A DNA stretch of 20,362 nt from Armatimonadota bacterium (GTDB lineage Bacteria > Armatimonadota > Armatimonadia > Armatimonadales > Armatimonadaceae): assembly GCA_043754515.1 (NCBI GenBank), contig JAYUUO010000308.1, forward strand, positions 1 through 20,362. The letters are read 5' to 3'. The notes under the pieces were generated by a model, which had not been told where the DNA came from, ran no database searches, and saw only the letters and a program-made list of their open reading frames with translations. The translations under genes were made by a program, and so were the position numbers. Below, piece after piece: positions 17,035 to 20,362 of the stretch (position 1 is the stretch's first letter; each line of letters starts with the position of its first letter).

Positions 17035-18528
17035 ATGCCACATCCCATGTCCAACACACGCTTTTATGCCCGCGCCGCTCTCGGGGTCGCCGTCGGCGTC
17101 CTCTCGATCGCCTTTCTGCCGCTCTCCGGCGTCCTGACCGTCCGCGCGGAGGGAGCCGAACTGCTACCCGATGTCGCAGCGCGGGGTGACGTCGCCGGGG
17201 TACGTCGCCTACTCGATGGCGGCACCCCCGCCGACACGCGGCAACCGTCTACGGGCTGGACCGCCCTGATCGCGGCGTGCCGGGCGAACAGAGCGGGGGT
17301 CGCCACCCTTCTCCTGGAGCGGGGAGCGAACCCGAATGCGGCGGGGGGTAACGGGTACACGCCCTTGATGGCGGCTGCGCAGGCAGGGAACGTTCCGCTA
17401 CTGCGTACCCTTCTCCTGCGCGGGGCGGACCCGAATCGCGCGACACGAAAGGGATTGACTCCACTGATGGTTGCCGCCGGGAACGCGAACGATGTAAAGA
17501 CCGCGCCGGTTAATCTGGAATGCGTGAAACTGCTGTTGCGCGGCGGCGCGGACCCGGACAAGCAGTACGGGGACGGCGTGACCGCGCTTTCGGTCGCGGA
17601 GTCGCGTGGCGCGACACTGATCGCGGTGTACCTGCGGCGCGTCGGCGCGGCGCGTAACGGGGCGGGGGATCGAGAAACTGCCCTGGTCGGAAACGGCGTC
17701 CTCGCCGGGAGCGTCCTCTATCGGGAGCGTATCGCGGTCTCGCCCGCCGCGTTCTCGCTGGTACGACTGCTCGATGTCTCTCCGAAGGTTCCCGTCGTGC
17801 TCTCGCGGGCCGTTACTCCGTTCGCGGGGAAGCAGGTGCCCGTCGCGTTCTCGCTCCCATATGCCGGTGCCCGACTCGCCGCCCGCCCGAACGCCCGGCT
17901 CGCGATGGACGCACGTATCATCCTGGGATGCGCCACTGAGTTCGCATCCGCGAAGCCAGTCCCGGTGCCGGGGGACGTGACGAAGAACAAGAACATCATA
18001 CTGGCGGTGACGCGCACCGGGGGTGCGCAACGCGCCCTGCTCGCCGGGGAAGCCATCAATGCGACCGACTTGGCTATCAGAAAAGCGGGTGTTAGCGTCA
18101 GCGGGCGTCGGAACACCGGTGATCTGCGCACGAAATACACCGCTTCCTTCTTGGGTGGGCGGCTGGTTCGCATCACGGCCAACTCGACCCAGGGCGACTA
18201 CGGCAACCGAACGGACCGCTTCTACTTCGGCGAGGGTGCCGACAGCGAAGGGTTCCTGCCGTTGCGGGCGGCTTTCCTTCACGCGCGCCGCGTCTCGCGG
18301 ACGCAACCCTCGCTGGGCGGCGGCGTATCCGCCATCATCCTTGGATCGTTCGACCAGGTCGAGCAGAAGATCATTCTCGGGGACGGCGGGGAGATCCTGT
18401 CCTCGGGCAAGACGGTGAACCGGCGACAGCAGTCGGTGACGGGTTCGGACACGAGCGCGGCACGCAACTTCGCGCGCCTACTCGCCAGCGACGCGACGCG
18501 CGCGGCGGCGGGGAGGCGAGGCCGCTAG
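17035..18528 (+). CDS. Secreted ankyrin-repeat protein fused to a YbaY/YscW-like domain and an unknown C-terminal domain
   Basis: Signal peptide. Ankyrin repeats GWTALIAA, GYTPLMAA, GLTPLMVA and GVTALSVA. YbaY signature GSVLYRERIA..LVRLLDVS..QVPVAFSLPY..ARI. Confidence 0.85.
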   Translation: MPHPMSNTRFYARAALGVAVGVLSIAFLPLSGVLTVRAEGAELLPDVAARGDVAGVRRLLDGGTPADTRQPSTGWTALIAACRANRAGVATLLLERGANPNAAGGNGYTPLMAAAQAGNVPLLRTLLLRGADPNRATRKGLTPLMVAAGNANDVKTAPVNLECVKLLLRGGADPDKQYGDGVTALSVAESRGATLIAVYLRRVGAARNGAGDRETALVGNGVLAGSVLYRERIAVSPAAFSLVRLLDVSPKVPVVLSRAVTPFAGKQVPVAFSLPYAGARLAARPNARLAMDARIILGCATEFASAKPVPVPGDVTKNKNIILAVTRTGGAQRALLAGEAINATDLAIRKAGVSVSGRRNTGDLRTKYTASFLGGRLVRITANSTQGDYGNRTDRFYFGEGADSEGFLPLRAAFLHARRVSRTQPSLGGGVSAIILGSFDQVEQKIILGDGGEILSSGKTVNRRQQSVTGSDTSAARNFARLLASDATRAAAGRRGR

Positions 18529-18548
18529 CGGTGCCCGTGCCCAGTGCC

Positions 18549-19826
18549 CTACGGCGCGGGCGTCGGATCGGGCTGGTGTGATCCGACCGGTGGGAACGTG
18601 ATGTCTCTCGGGGCGGGCCGGTCCCCGCTTTTGATCGAGAGGGTGATCCCGTTCCGAGCCGCGTCGCGCAGAGTCTTCGCGTATTTCTGGGAGTCACGCG
18701 CCAGTGTTTCTATCGCGACGCCGTTGATCGCCCGCACAACATCCCCGCTTCGTAAGCCCGCCTTCGCCGCCCGCGAGTCCGGCAAGACCAGATTAATCAC
18801 GTAGGCTTTGCTCATCGGTATGAAACTGATGCGGAACCCGATCTGCTTCTTCTGCTCCGTCGCCGCCCGTGCCCGCTCCTGCCGAGCGTAGTCCTGCGCC
18901 TTATAGACGATGAACGTCGCGCAGAGGAGCGCGAACGCGGTGCCGATAAGCAGGTCCCGCCTCTCCTGCTTCGTGAACGCCGCGTGGCGGGCGTTGGCGA
19001 TGATCACCGCGACACCCATTGGGGCCAGTGCCGGGAGCGGGAACCCCACCCACTCGACCTCCAGGAGCGCGACGAAGAGCAGGGCGAACATCCAGCGGAA
19101 GCTAGCCGTGCTTTCCAGACGGAGTAGAAAAATGGAGGCGAAGAAGACGGACAGGAATAGTACGTCTGCCGGCCCGATGGTGACGCCCGAAATCACTGTC
19201 CATGTTTTATGGGCGGCTTGCGGCAGCGTGCTCCCCACCCCGACCGATACCATGGAGATGAGTTGCGATCCGGTCGCGGTCAGCGCGGCGACGGTGCCCA
19301 TGGTCACGATCACGATGTCGAAAAAGATGGCGAACCCGGCGGCGGCGAGCAGGGTGTTCGGGTGCCGAATGATCCGCCCGACGGCGGTGCCCAGTAGCGC
19401 GACCCCCACCGGCAGGAACAGGTTGTTCGCGGTCAGGATCAGCCACGTGGGCGGCGAGACGTTCAGGTACTGCAAGAGCAACACCGTACCCATCGGTGCG
19501 GCGAGCGACAGACCGGCGATAATTAGCGGCGGCGTGGTCACCGGTAGTAACGCGGCGGCGCGGGTCATGCGCATCAGGGAGTAGAGAAGTCCGGCGAAGT
19601 ACAGACTCGCGACCAGGTGTTGCCCCCACACCGGGAACTTGTCCAGCGGCACGACCGCGCCCAGGAAGCGGTTGACCAGGGTCAGGACGCAGGCGAGCAG
19701 GGCGAACGTCGCGAGTTGTAGCGCGGGCGGCACGGACTCGCCCGGCACCTCCAGGGCTGGGGAGGTACCCGGTGACCGTGCCATAATATCCGGCAACCCG
19801 GCTGAGTTAGCAACATCGGTGCTCAT
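18549..19826 (-). CDS. Polytopic membrane protein with presenilin/SPP-like motifs and a C-terminal PDZ domain
   Basis: About 9 hydrophobic segments with FFD170, IGPAD221 and LPAL (265-267). PDZ: IGFRI..VINLVLPDSRAAKAGLRSGDVVRAING. Confidence 0.8.
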   Translation of the reverse strand: MSTDVANSAGLPDIMARSPGTSPALEVPGESVPPALQLATFALLACVLTLVNRFLGAVVPLDKFPVWGQHLVASLYFAGLLYSLMRMTRAAALLPVTTPPLIIAGLSLAAPMGTVLLLQYLNVSPPTWLILTANNLFLPVGVALLGTAVGRIIRHPNTLLAAAGFAIFFDIVIVTMGTVAALTATGSQLISMVSVGVGSTLPQAAHKTWTVISGVTIGPADVLFLSVFFASIFLLRLESTASFRWMFALLFVALLEVEWVGFPLPALAPMGVAVIIANARHAAFTKQERRDLLIGTAFALLCATFIVYKAQDYARQERARAATEQKKQIGFRISFIPMSKAYVINLVLPDSRAAKAGLRSGDVVRAINGVAIETLARDSQKYAKTLRDAARNGITLSIKSGDRPAPRDITFPPVGSHQPDPTPAP

Positions 19827-20012
19827 AGTTATTCAGAACGGTAAAGGGGGGTGGGTAGTTCCGCCCGGTAATAAAAATAGGGAAGCGGGCTCGCCTCCTC
19901 CGAGGGGGGATCCGCAGGCAAACTTCGCCTTGCCACGGTAGACGCGGAACCGGAAGGGGAGCCACCTCGCGTTCATGCGTCATTTGACGAAGTCGCTACC
20001 GCCGTTATACAA

Positions 20013-20362
20013 TAGACCGCTTGCATAAGTCTATTTGCAGATCTCCAGGTTGTGAATCGCTGCTATCAGATTGAATCGCAACCCGAAACGCTTGCGACGG
20101 TTTCGATACCGCTCCGACAAAATGCGGAACACCTTCAGGCACCCCATGATGTGTTCGCAACCGATGCGTTTTTGCGCGAGACCACGATTCCTCTTTTTAT
20201 CGTCAACCGTCAAGGGGTGATGCTTGGACTTTCTCTTGGGGCGCGCTGTTCGCATGGCTCTGACGAATCCCCTGATAGCCGCCGTCCGCCACCATCCGAA
20301 TCCGCGACAAGATTGCCGTCTGGCTGGCGTGGTACAAGGCTAGGCCGTGCCTCTTACCGGCG
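20013..20362 (-). mobile_element. 3' end of an IS5-family (ISL2/IS702-like) element with a frameshifted transposase
   Basis: Transposase C-terminus ADGGYQGI..HANS / PKRKSK..RIGCEHIMGCLKVFRILSERYRNRRKRFGLRFNLIAAIHN, with a frameshift near 20241-20244. A terminal-IR-like TAGACCGCTTGCATAAGTC lies at 20013-20031. Confidence 0.88.

Noticed and set aside
14789..19826. dsbD, ankyrin-YbaY and presenilin-PDZ as a single envelope quality-control system
   Set aside because: The genes are divergent and convergent, not operonic. A link cannot be supported without conserved synteny.

Overview
GC-rich bacterial chromosomal window from a probably diderm organism (it has DsbD and an outer-membrane beta-barrel). 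It is mostly housekeeping and envelope genes, in this order: the 5' end of a secreted protein running off the left edge, a fasciclin protein, a SWIM zinc-finger protein, a methyltransferase, NAD-type isocitrate dehydrogenase, a STAS anti-anti-sigma factor, a frameshifted TMEM175 channel, Bcp peroxiredoxin, a Pro-rich secreted protein, and an mntR / beta-barrel / mntH manganese operon. That operon has a near-consensus sigma70 promoter and a tandem palindromic operator. Next come a single-domain response regulator, two SGNH hydrolases (the second broken), a ~1.1 kb low-GC islet of decaying orphan or immunity-like genes, an NAD-dependent epimerase/dehydrogenase, DsbD, an ankyrin-YbaY fusion, and a membrane protein with presenilin/signal-peptide-peptidase-like motifs fused to a PDZ domain. 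The window ends in the decayed 3' end of an IS5-family element. The best candidates for something new are the presenilin-like protease-PDZ fusion, the putative outer-membrane Mn channel in the MntR operon, and two structured intergenic RNA candidates. All calls come from reading motifs by eye; no searches were run.
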